This document shows positions 37,395-46,178 of a DNA stretch of 49,154 nucleotides, in pieces. Source of the stretch: Patescibacteria group bacterium (GTDB taxonomy: Bacteria > Patescibacteriota > Minisyncoccia > Phycocordibacterales > PALSA-1337). The position numbers and the translations under genes are program-made. The notes beneath the pieces were generated by a model. The model worked only from the letters and a program-made list of their open reading frames with translations, was not told where the DNA came from and did not search any database. The stretch lies in the NCBI GenBank assembly GCA_040387635.1, contig JAZKDJ010000001.1, positions 517,193-566,346 on the forward strand, in the 5' to 3' direction. How positions within the stretch are numbered: the first letter of the stretch is position 1; every line of letters starts with the position of its first letter.

Positions 37395-37967
37395 TTACTT
37401 TCCAACTCGCTCTCTATATTCTCCAGTTTCAGTATTGAGTCTTACTACATCGCCCTGGTTAACGAAAAGAGGAACGTTGATGGTTGCACCTGTCTCGAGG
37501 GTAACGAGCTTGGTACCACCGGTAATAGTGTCTCCTTTGACCGCTGGGAAGGCCTCAGTGACCTTGAGGTCAACTGTAATAGGAAGTTTGAAGCCGATGA
37601 TCACATCGTTGAATGTGAGAACGGTGACAACGCTGTTAGCCTTAACGAATTTACCCTGTGGACCGAATTGATCATCGGTTATCTTGAAGCGCTGGCCTGG
37701 GTCGTTAGCTTCGCAGAACCAGTATTCACCTTTGTTGAGGTAGAGGAATTTTACTTCTCGCTTCTCAATTTCTGCTTCTTCAACTTTCTCAGACTGATGA
37801 AATGAGTACTCAGTAACCTTTCCTGTGATGAGGTTCTTAAGCTTGGTTGCGTTAACGGGCTTTCGCTGCTGTTTTCTGAAAACATGCGATGTAAGCACTT
37901 CGTAAGGGGCTCCGTCGAGAACGATATACTTTCGCTCAACAACTTCGTTATATTCAAGCATTGCCAT
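37395..37967 (-). CDS. efp: elongation factor P
   Basis: KLKNLITG, PAVKGDT, KLVTLETG, VPLFVNQGD and TETGEYRER. Confidence 0.95.
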   Translation of the reverse strand: MAMLEYNEVVERKYIVLDGAPYEVLTSHVFRKQQRKPVNATKLKNLITGKVTEYSFHQSEKVEEAEIEKREVKFLYLNKGEYWFCEANDPGQRFKITDDQFGPQGKFVKANSVVTVLTFNDVIIGFKLPITVDLKVTEAFPAVKGDTITGGTKLVTLETGATINVPLFVNQGDVVRLNTETGEYRERVGK

Positions 37968-38036
37968 GGGGAATCTACGTTAAAGGGAATTAAATAATGT
38001 ATACGGATTGTAGCCGTTGTTGAGAAAAAGCGCAAC

Positions 38037-39215
38037 CTAAGCCTCTTCCTGGAGCTTTGTACGGATGATGGCAAGAATCTCGTCCTTGATAGGGCGGTTC
38101 TCTCGGAGGAACTGTCGTGTGGCATCATATCCTCGTCCAAGCTTGGTTTCGCCATATGAATAGCTGGTACCTGACTTGGCGATGATTTCCATCTTTTCGC
38201 CGAGGGCAATGATCTCACCTTCCTGAGAGATTCCTTCGTTGTACATGAGGTCAAATTCTGTCTGGCGGAAGGGAGCTGCAACTTTGTTTTTGACAACCTT
38301 TACGCGCACACGTCCTCCCATGATTTCTTCGCCTTTCTTGATCTGAGCAATTCTTCTGATATCAAGTCGTACAGATGTATAGAACTTAAGAGCTTTACCA
38401 CCTGGTGTTGTTTCTGGGTTACCGAACATAACTCCGATCTGCATTCGGATCTGGTTGATGAAGATGACGACAGTCTTCGACTTTGCAACGATAGCTGTAA
38501 GCTTTCGGAGGGCCTGTGACATGAGTCGTGCCTGCTTACCCATGTGATGAGCTCCCATGTCTCCCTCGATCTCGTCCTTTGGAGTAAGGGCTGCTACTGA
38601 GTCGATTACGACTACGTCCATCTTGCCTGATCGTACGAGGCTCTCAACGATCTCAAGAGCCTGCTCACCTGTGTCAGGCTGTGAGATAAGGAGTTCGTCT
38701 ACGCGCACTCCAATTCTTTTGGCATACTCTGGGTCCATCGCATGTTCGGCATCGATGTAAGCACAAATACCTCCTCGCTTCTGAGCTTCGGCAACAATGT
38801 GAAGGGAGAGGGTAGTTTTACCTGAAGATTCTGGACCGAAGATTTCGATGATTCGTCCTCGAGGAATTCCTCCTACGCCAAGTGCAGCATCAAGACCGAT
38901 TGATCCTGTAGGGATGGCGTTGATGTTTACCTTAGGCTTCTCACCAAGCTTCATGATGGAATCCTCACCGAACTTCGTTCGAATCGCCTCAAGAGTATCC
39001 TTGATGCTTAGTTCAGGATTTTGGCTGGCTGCTTCGTTGGGTCCTCGCTCTCTTTCTTTAGATTGCTTGCCTTTAGGAGCGGCATCTTCTGATGAGTCTG
39101 CAGCAGGATTTTCGTCGAGGGTTTCCTCGGATTCAATTCCAGATTCCTGGTCACTTCCTTTCGGGGCTCCTTTCTTCAGTTCTTTTCCGTTGTTTGATGA
39201 TTTCTTTTTTGCCAT
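38037..39215 (-). CDS. recA: recombinase RecA with long charged N-terminal extension
   Basis: [38 protein letters not shown] and GGKALKFY. Confidence 0.98.
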   Translation of the reverse strand: MAKKKSSNNGKELKKGAPKGSDQESGIESEETLDENPAADSSEDAAPKGKQSKERERGPNEAASQNPELSIKDTLEAIRTKFGEDSIMKLGEKPKVNINAIPTGSIGLDAALGVGGIPRGRIIEIFGPESSGKTTLSLHIVAEAQKRGGICAYIDAEHAMDPEYAKRIGVRVDELLISQPDTGEQALEIVESLVRSGKMDVVVIDSVAALTPKDEIEGDMGAHHMGKQARLMSQALRKLTAIVAKSKTVVIFINQIRMQIGVMFGNPETTPGGKALKFYTSVRLDIRRIAQIKKGEEIMGGRVRVKVVKNKVAAPFRQTEFDLMYNEGISQEGEIIALGEKMEIIAKSGTSYSYGETKLGRGYDATRQFLRENRPIKDEILAIIRTKLQEEA

Positions 39216-39311
39216 ATAAATTGTTTGTTATTAATAAAAATTGAATGCATTCCTGCTCGCAATCATATACCCCATAATATCAAATTTTCATCAAAAATTA
39301 TTAAAATCAAA

Positions 39312-39779
39312 TTAATTACGGGAACTGTCAATTTGACTGTCTGTTGATGAGCTGAAAGGGGTAGAGGAAGACATTGTGCTGGTAGCCTGAGGTGTAACAG
39401 GCTTGATGGGTGCGCTAGGCGTTTCAAATCCAGAGCCAATTATCGTAAGTGTTTGCAGTGTTTGATGCTTGAACTTATCTTGTGCACGGAAACTTATGAT
39501 GTTATGGCCTGGGTATATGAGGAGAATCTCCGTAAAATTACCTTGTTCATCCATAGTGATATCGCGGTCGTTCATACTAAGGCTCTTTACCCGTATTGCT
39601 TGGCCTCTAACGTGAACCGTAGAGCTACTGACCATAGAATTGTTTGTGGGCTCAGATATAACAATCATGGGTCCTCGTATGTAATCTCGCGCGGCAAAAA
39701 TGGCATAACATACGATAGCTATGCCAAGCGTGCCAAAGGCGACCATTTTTGCGAATTCAACCGTAGCTCTGCGGCTCAT
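39312..39779 (-). CDS. membrane-anchored Ig-like domain protein
   Basis: N-terminal TM, GP-x-I-x-I-x-x-P, G-x-F...L-x-x-G-x-N-x-I...A-x-D, and S/T-rich tail. Confidence 0.7.
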   Translation of the reverse strand: MSRRATVEFAKMVAFGTLGIAIVCYAIFAARDYIRGPMIVISEPTNNSMVSSSTVHVRGQAIRVKSLSMNDRDITMDEQGNFTEILLIYPGHNIISFRAQDKFKHQTLQTLTIIGSGFETPSAPIKPVTPQATSTMSSSTPFSSSTDSQIDSSRN

Positions 39780-39794
39780 AAGGTTATTATAACC

Positions 39795-42137
39795 TTATTC
39801 TAGCTTTGTTTCGTCTGAAGAAGTATCACTGTCTGATGGGGTGTCTGAAGACCCACCTCCACCAAGGACTTCACGAGGCTTGGATCCATTAGCTGGTCCG
39901 ATAACACCTCGCTCTTCAAGCATATCCATGAGTCGTGCTGCACGTGAGTATCCTACACCGAGCTTTCGCTGGATGTATGAGGTTGAAGCCTTGCCTGCAG
40001 CGACAACCACATCTCTTGCTTGCTCGTACATATCGTCTTCTTCACCCAAGTCATCATTATTATCAATTCCTGCTGCAAAGACTGCATCAGCACCTGGTTC
40101 CTGCGGTGTGAGGCTGATCTGAGATACGAGTTCATCCTTGTAGCTATCTGCGAGATATGAAACTACGCGCTTAAGTTCAGATTCTGAAATATATGCAGAC
40201 TGAAGTCGGTATGGCTTGGACATTTCGCCTCCAAGATAGAGCATGTCACCGGCTCCGAGGAGTTTCTCTGCACCTGGAGTGTCGAGAATAGTTCGAGAGT
40301 CGATCTGAGAGGAAACTTGTAGAGCAACACGGGTAGGAACGTTTGCTTTGATGAGACCTGTAATAACGTTAACGCTTGGTCGCTGGGTTGAGAGTACAAG
40401 GTGGATACCAACAGCTCGGCTCATCTGAGCAAGTCGGACGATGGCGCTTTCGAGCTCTCGAGGGTATGTCTGCATGATATCTGCGAGCTCATCCAAGACG
40501 ATCACTATATATGGCATGTTCTCAGGAATCTTCGCTGTGATCTCTTCTTCAGGACCGGCGTCTTTGATTTGCTTGAGAACTGGAGCCAGGATGGTCTTAT
40601 GATATGACTCGATATCTCGAACAGCATGTGATTCAAGGATGTCGTATCGTCGGCTCATTTCCTTAGCGGCCCATTTGAGAGCGAGGATGGCCTTCTTGGC
40701 ATCGGTGATTACTGGTGTAAGGAGGTGAGGAATCTTGTTATATAGAGTAAGCTCCACTCGCTTGGGGTCGATCATGATGAACTTGAGGTTCTCAGGAGAG
40801 TTTCGGAACAGAAGGGATGTAATGAGGGCATGGATGGTGACTGACTTACCAGAACCTGTAGCACCGGCAATAAGCATATGGGGAGCTTTGGCGAGGTTGG
40901 CACAATACGACTTACCTGCGATGTCCTTACCAAGTGTAACCAAGAGAGGCTTCTCTGAACGCTGGTACTCTTCTGATTCAAGAAGGGTTGCGAGACCGAC
41001 TGTGGTTTTGATGGTGTTTGGAATTTCGATACCTACAAGTGACTTACCTGGAATAGGTGCTTCGATTCGGATAGGGTGAGCTGCGAGAGCTAGAGCAAGG
41101 TCATTGTTAAGACCGACTATCTTCGAGAGCTTCACTCCTTCTGCAGGCTTGAGGGCGTATCGGGTGACGGAAGGTCCGATTGAGATCTCATCCATTTCGA
41201 CGCTAATGCCGAAGTTGAGGAGGGTTCGCTTGATGATGTTTGCGTTGGCTTTGATGTCTCCAACTTCTGGCTTGCCTCGATCCTTCTCAAGGAGAGTTAG
41301 GGGAGGTGGAACGAAAGGCTTGGCTGAGTGGGCAAGCTTGGTATAAGAAGAGAAGCTGTCTTCCTCTTCTTTGGTAAACGAAAGGGAATCTTTTTTGGAA
41401 GACTTTCGTGCTTGGTCGGCCTTTCGTTTCTCTTCTTCTCTCTTGGCCTGAGCAAGAGCAGCTGCTTCGAGTGCACCCATTCTTCGGTCCTCTTCAGTAG
41501 GCTCGCCGATAGCTGCCTTGAGGGCTTGGTCGATGTTCTTCTCTTCTGCTGCGTCGAGTTCTTCTTTTGAACCTTTGTTGCCATTTAGGAATGGAATCTT
41601 TCTCCAGAATGCCAACCATGTGAAATCGATCGATGTTTCAAATACTACTATTAGAGATACGATGATTGCAGCCAGTAGGATGATTGTCGTGGCGTAGAAT
41701 TCAAAAAGACCAAGGAGAGGAGTTGAAATGACATGACCTATGATTCCTCCATCATTAGATGGGAAGAGATCTACGATGCCGAGTGCTGATGCAAAGAAAA
41801 TGACTGAACCTACTACTCTCGAAGCTTTGAACTTTGTCTTGATTCCCCTAACAAATGAGATGCCGAGAAGTATGCAGAAAATAGGGAGGAGGAAGTAGCC
41901 GATTCCTAGGAGCTTTTTGAATATGATATAGAAGTAAATTCCAACGAACCCAGCCTTACCAAAGGAGGCCAATATTGCGAGCACGGCGACCACAAAAGCT
42001 GCTATCGCAAATATGGCTTGCGATACTTCATTACGCACTTCTTTTTTTAGGTTCTTGCGGCTCCGACTTGGCCGTTCTTCCTTCTCTTCCTCAGCATCTT
42101 CGACAGGTGCTTCCTCAGTTAAATTTTTCTTTGCCAT
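39795..42137 (-). CDS. ftsK: DNA translocase FtsK/SpoIIIE
   Basis: 4TM N-terminus, RIEAPIPGK, PHMLIAGATGSGKS, DELAD, TQRPSV and gamma domain GYSRAARLMD. Start taken at ATG 42137. Confidence 0.97.
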   Translation of the reverse strand: MAKKNLTEEAPVEDAEEEKEERPSRSRKNLKKEVRNEVSQAIFAIAAFVVAVLAILASFGKAGFVGIYFYIIFKKLLGIGYFLLPIFCILLGISFVRGIKTKFKASRVVGSVIFFASALGIVDLFPSNDGGIIGHVISTPLLGLFEFYATTIILLAAIIVSLIVVFETSIDFTWLAFWRKIPFLNGNKGSKEELDAAEEKNIDQALKAAIGEPTEEDRRMGALEAAALAQAKREEEKRKADQARKSSKKDSLSFTKEEEDSFSSYTKLAHSAKPFVPPPLTLLEKDRGKPEVGDIKANANIIKRTLLNFGISVEMDEISIGPSVTRYALKPAEGVKLSKIVGLNNDLALALAAHPIRIEAPIPGKSLVGIEIPNTIKTTVGLATLLESEEYQRSEKPLLVTLGKDIAGKSYCANLAKAPHMLIAGATGSGKSVTIHALITSLLFRNSPENLKFIMIDPKRVELTLYNKIPHLLTPVITDAKKAILALKWAAKEMSRRYDILESHAVRDIESYHKTILAPVLKQIKDAGPEEEITAKIPENMPYIVIVLDELADIMQTYPRELESAIVRLAQMSRAVGIHLVLSTQRPSVNVITGLIKANVPTRVALQVSSQIDSRTILDTPGAEKLLGAGDMLYLGGEMSKPYRLQSAYISESELKRVVSYLADSYKDELVSQISLTPQEPGADAVFAAGIDNNDDLGEEDDMYEQARDVVVAAGKASTSYIQRKLGVGYSRAARLMDMLEERGVIGPANGSKPREVLGGGGSSDTPSDSDTSSDETKLE

Positions 42138-42219
42138 TATGCGACTAATAATATCATATAACAAATCAAATCTCAGAAAGATGGCTTAAAGAAACGCTAA
42201 AGGCTTTACTTTTTGAAGA

Positions 42220-42320
42220 TGTCCGATATATAATGGACACATTGATTTTCCTAAAGGACGGTCATAAAGGACTCTAATTTGGTTGTAAAAGACACACATT
42301 TCTATGGACCATAAAAGACA
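42220..42320. repeat. cluster of TAWWRGAC(A)-like repeats in the ftsK/wHTH divergent promoter
   Basis: TGTCC-N10-GGACA (42220-42239), TAAAGGAC (42252), CATAAAGGAC (42263), TAAAAGACA (42286), TATGGAC (42303), CATAAAAGACA (42310). Confidence 0.7.
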
Positions 42321-43203
42321 TAATGAACCCGAAACAGGGGTATCTAATCATAGAGCTCAGATAGCTGAGGTTGATTCTAATTTTGGCCTCCCAGAAAGGT
42401 ATTTTTACCTTATCAAGAAGGCAGAGAAAATCGCCGCTGCCTTGTACATGATTGCCGACAAGATAAAGGACAACGAACTGATCAAGATGAAGCTCAAAGA
42501 AACTTCGTGTACCTTGCTCGAAAAGTCAGCAATGTTTGTTCCTCTGTATAAGACATCTAATGCAGTTCAAACAGGTAAAGCTGTCACTCAATTTGTATCG
42601 TTATTCACACTCTCACACTCATACCTCAAAACTGCTTACCTAACGCAGGTTGTCTCATCGATGAATTTCGGAGTGATTCAGGAGCAGCTTATAGAACTTA
42701 TTAAGTATGCAGAGGAGATAGAATCAGATGAGTCACGCGACCCAGAAGCAAGAATTGGATCTGGAAACTTTTTCATAACTCAGCAGTGGAAAGATACGTT
42801 TGCAAAGAATCCGTACACAGGCTTTCGAGGACCTCAAGTAACTCCTCCTCCACACCCTCATCCTGCGCACCCTTCAAACAGAGTTATTCATAAAGGACAT
42901 TCTATAGGACATACTAATGTCCCTTATAATAAGCTTGTACCTAGCCATGGGGGCCAATCTGCTCCTTTTACACCATCGAGAGATCAGAGTGCTGATTTAA
43001 AGGATAGGAAGGATAGTCGAAAGAAAGCGATAGTTGATCTCTTGTCTAAGAAGTCGAACCTGACTGTTAAAGACTTTCTTAGTGTAATTACTGACTGTAG
43101 CGAGAAGACAATTCAGAGAGAGCTTATTGATATGGTTGAATCTGGAGTTCTTAAGAAAGAAGGTGAGCGCCGATGGAGTCGTTATTCTCTTGCAAAAGCT
43201 TAG
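42304..43203 (+). CDS. protein with N-terminal helical bundle, low-complexity linker and C-terminal DeoR-like winged HTH
   Basis: C-terminus RKKAIVDLL...LTVKDF...CSEKTIQRELIDMVESGVLKKEGERRWSRY. Confidence 0.85.
   Translation: MDHKRHNEPETGVSNHRAQIAEVDSNFGLPERYFYLIKKAEKIAAALYMIADKIKDNELIKMKLKETSCTLLEKSAMFVPLYKTSNAVQTGKAVTQFVSLFTLSHSYLKTAYLTQVVSSMNFGVIQEQLIELIKYAEEIESDESRDPEARIGSGNFFITQQWKDTFAKNPYTGFRGPQVTPPPHPHPAHPSNRVIHKGHSIGHTNVPYNKLVPSHGGQSAPFTPSRDQSADLKDRKDSRKKAIVDLLSKKSNLTVKDFLSVITDCSEKTIQRELIDMVESGVLKKEGERRWSRYSLAKA
42889..42926. repeat. second cluster of the same repeat, inside the wHTH gene
   Basis: CATAAAGGACA (42889), TATAGGACA (42903) and inverted TGTCCCTTA (42918). Confidence 0.65.
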
Positions 43204-43319
43204 AAAAAATTAAGAAGGAACTAAGGTTGACTTTGGGTTAATTCTGAGTAATATGGCCTAATGGATAGGTATATTGTTACTTATCCACATTACCTTTTGG
43301 TGGTCTGATATGCCAGGGG

Positions 43320-43758
43320 TATAATACGTCTTGTATCGCGTGTTTTGACGTATGTACGATATTAGTTTCCTGTAATGTTTTTCTGTAAGATTTTCCGGGA
43401 CAGGGTGTCATACATACTACGGGCATGAAGATGCAGTGATAGTTACGATAGATATTCAGGCCGTAGAGACCTTTGAAAATTTAATAGGTACATACTACCG
43501 AACGTCAGAACTTATTCTTCCACGGATGAATGACAGAAATTCCAAATCCCACGCAACCTAGTCTCTTTGCTCGTGTCGATAAATATGAGCAGGGAGAATA
43601 GTGTAAGAGCATGTCGGTTCATTATGACGCGTAGTCTTAATGGGTTGGACATGAAGTTTGTTTGTTTATTTCAGTTTGTATATATACACCTCGAGGTGCG
43701 CCTTTCACACTATATTAGTAATAACTGAAAGGTTCATCCCGAACAATTAACAACAATT
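43320..43758 (+). promoter_or_regulatory. long structured 5' leader of the surface-protein gene
   Basis: 555-nt ORF-free gap with TATAAT at 43320, several stems (e.g. TCTCTTTGCTCGTGT/ATATGAGCAGGGAGA) and boxA-like CCTTTGAAAA. Confidence 0.45.
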
Positions 43759-45744
43759 ATGAAGAAATATTTAATCGCAATTGCATTCGCTCTTGCAGCA
43801 GCAGCAACAGCTTCTACTGTAAACGCAGCAACAACTGCGGAGATCATGGCTCAGATTGCAGCTCTTCAAGCACAGCTTGGAGGTACGCCAGCAGTAAGCG
43901 CATCACATAACTTCGCAACTGATCTTACAGTTGGAAGCACTGGAGCAAGCGTCACAGCTCTTCAGGACTTACTCATCTCAAAGGGTTTCCTTACTATTCC
44001 AGCTGGAACAGCAAAGGGATACTTTGGACAGCTTACTAAGTCAGCAGTTGCAGCATGGCAGGCATCAGTAGGCCTCCCAGCGACAGGATACTTTGGACCT
44101 CTTTCACGAGCTAAAGTAAACGGCGCAGGAATGGTTGTAATTCCAGGCTCAGGAACAGGAACAGTTACTTGCCCAACAGGCATGACTTGTACTCCAGCTT
44201 CAAACCCATCTTCAAACAATGGTGACGAAGGACAGCTTGTTGAAATCGACAACGCAAATGATACAGAATCAAGCGTTGAAGAAGGAGACGAGGAAGCTTA
44301 CGTTGTAGGAGCAGAAGTAGAGGCTGAAGATTCAGACATGATCATCTCACGAGTTGATGTCGACTTCACACTCACAGACGCAAGCACAGGCTCAAGCGAC
44401 AACCTTGATGACTACATCACAGAAGTTTCAATCTTCCTTGATGGAAAGAACATCGGAACTCTTGACGTAGACGAGGCTGACGTAAACGATGGCGACAACG
44501 GTGACGACCTCACTGATGACGACAACGATGTATACTCATTCCGATTCACAGGTCTCAACGGCAAGATTGCTGAAGGAGAGCAGGGTGAGATCTACGTAGC
44601 AGTTACAGCAGCAAACAACATTGACTCAGACGATGAGGACGGTGAGTGGGCAGTTGTAATTCCAGAGGACGGTATCCGAGCAGTTGACGAAGCAGGTATC
44701 ACAGATACTTACGTTGACTCAGGCGACATCGATGAGGAGACATTCTCAGTAGGTGAAGCTGACGCAGGAGACCTCTCAGTATCAGTTGACTCTTCAGACA
44801 ACGAATCACGAACAGTGAGCGTTGACGACGAGAACGAGACTGAGGATGTAGAGGTATTGTCATTCACAATCGAGTCAGACAGCTCAGAGAACATCATTGA
44901 TGGAATCGAGATTGATTTCGCGACAACATCAGCGACAACTACAGCTCTTTCTGAAGTGATCAAGTCAGTTCGCCTTCTCGCAGACGGTGAGGAAGTGGCT
45001 TCTGAGGATGTCACAGACGGAGCTATCGGAGGAGCTACAGTTGACTTCGACGACATGGACGAAGTTACAATCGAGGAGGACGAGGAAGTTGTATTCACAG
45101 TTGTAGTTGACCTCTTTGAAACAGATGGAAACTACTCTTCAGGATACGCATTCCGAGCAACTCTCGACCGATCTGAAATTGACGCTGAAGACGCAAATGG
45201 TGACGAGATCACTGTAAGCGGTTCAGATGACAACGGAGGAACAATCACACTTCGAACAACAGGTATCCAGGTTACTGTTTCTGAGGAGACTGATCCAGAA
45301 TCAGAGATTCTTGAGAACACAGACTCAACAAACACAGACGACCAGGGTAAGTACGAGATCGAATTCGTAGTAGCTGCATTTGAAGATGCTGCATACATCG
45401 AACTTGGTACAGTTGCTTCAGGTACAACAGAGGCAAACACAGGTGCAAACTTCCTTATCGAAACTACAGACAACACAGCAGTAGCTGCAGCAATTGCAAA
45501 CACAGCTGGATCTGTACTTGAACACATCGAGGGTGGTTCACGAACAGGAAACTTTGTTAAGATCAATGACGGAGACACAGCAACGTTCCGACTCACAGTC
45601 TACCTAGATCCAAACGTAGAGGATTCATACCGAGCTCAGCTTTACAGCGTAAACTTTGCTGCAACAGCAGTAGACGCAACTTCACAGGAGGTTGTAACGC
45701 CAGAAGAGGACTTCGAGTCTCCTTCAGAGTTGGTTCAGAACTAA
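43759..45744 (+). CDS. abundant acidic cell-surface (S-layer-like) protein with N-terminal peptidoglycan-binding domain
   Basis: Signal peptide ending VNA, IAALQAQL coil, PG_binding_1 pattern LTVGSTGASVTALQ...GYFGQLTKSAVAAWQ...GYFGPLSRA, D/E/T-rich beta domains, strongly biased codon usage. Confidence 0.8.
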   Translation: MKKYLIAIAFALAAAATASTVNAATTAEIMAQIAALQAQLGGTPAVSASHNFATDLTVGSTGASVTALQDLLISKGFLTIPAGTAKGYFGQLTKSAVAAWQASVGLPATGYFGPLSRAKVNGAGMVVIPGSGTGTVTCPTGMTCTPASNPSSNNGDEGQLVEIDNANDTESSVEEGDEEAYVVGAEVEAEDSDMIISRVDVDFTLTDASTGSSDNLDDYITEVSIFLDGKNIGTLDVDEADVNDGDNGDDLTDDDNDVYSFRFTGLNGKIAEGEQGEIYVAVTAANNIDSDDEDGEWAVVIPEDGIRAVDEAGITDTYVDSGDIDEETFSVGEADAGDLSVSVDSSDNESRTVSVDDENETEDVEVLSFTIESDSSENIIDGIEIDFATTSATTTALSEVIKSVRLLADGEEVASEDVTDGAIGGATVDFDDMDEVTIEEDEEVVFTVVVDLFETDGNYSSGYAFRATLDRSEIDAEDANGDEITVSGSDDNGGTITLRTTGIQVTVSEETDPESEILENTDSTNTDDQGKYEIEFVVAAFEDAAYIELGTVASGTTEANTGANFLIETTDNTAVAAAIANTAGSVLEHIEGGSRTGNFVKINDGDTATFRLTVYLDPNVEDSYRAQLYSVNFAATAVDATSQEVVTPEEDFESPSELVQN

Positions 45745-45798
45745 TGATTCTTTCTCAGACTCTTGGGTGAATAACCTAGGATAACGAGAAAAGCATTG

Positions 45799-45834
45799 CA
45801 AAAACCGCACGGGAAACCGTGCGGTTTTTGTTTT
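45799..45834 (+). terminator. intrinsic terminator
   Basis: CAAAAACCGCACGG-GAAA-CCGTGCGGTTTTTG-TTTT. Confidence 0.9.
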
Positions 45835-45919
45835 GTCTGAATTGTGTTTGGTAAAGGGTAGAGATATAGAAATGAAGCGGCTTTTGTATCAGCCAAAAAG
45901 CTGCGGTATAATATGTGAA

Positions 45920-46126
45920 ATGTTTGATTTAACCTTTTTTAAGTTTCTATTTGGATTCCTGTTTATTTTGTCACTTTCTTTTGCAGTACTTTTTTTCGTC
46001 GGAGTTCATCTTCAGAAAGAAAGGACATTGGCTGAATCTAGAAGGTCAAAGGCAACTGGTGCGGATATCTCAGTGGTGGGAACTACAAACCTCAAGACAA
46101 AGTGTCTTACGGGGAAGACTTGTTAG
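45920..46126 (+). CDS. small single-TM hypothetical protein
   Basis: MFDLTFFKFLFGFLFILSLSFAVLFFVG..., with TATAAT just upstream (45908). Confidence 0.5.
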   Translation: MFDLTFFKFLFGFLFILSLSFAVLFFVGVHLQKERTLAESRRSKATGADISVVGTTNLKTKCLTGKTC

Positions 46127-46178
46127 GTTTTAACTATTTTTTAAGAAAATTTTAGGTACGTCCAGATATCATTTAAAG

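Noticed and set aside
42220-42926. Short repeats as a CRISPR array or IS ends
   Set aside because: The repeats are 7-11 nt, degenerate and irregularly spaced, with no cas or transposase genes.
43281-43289. Perfect DnaA box TTATCCACA suggesting oriC
   Set aside because: Only one clear box, and no dnaA/dnaN in the window; not enough to call an origin.
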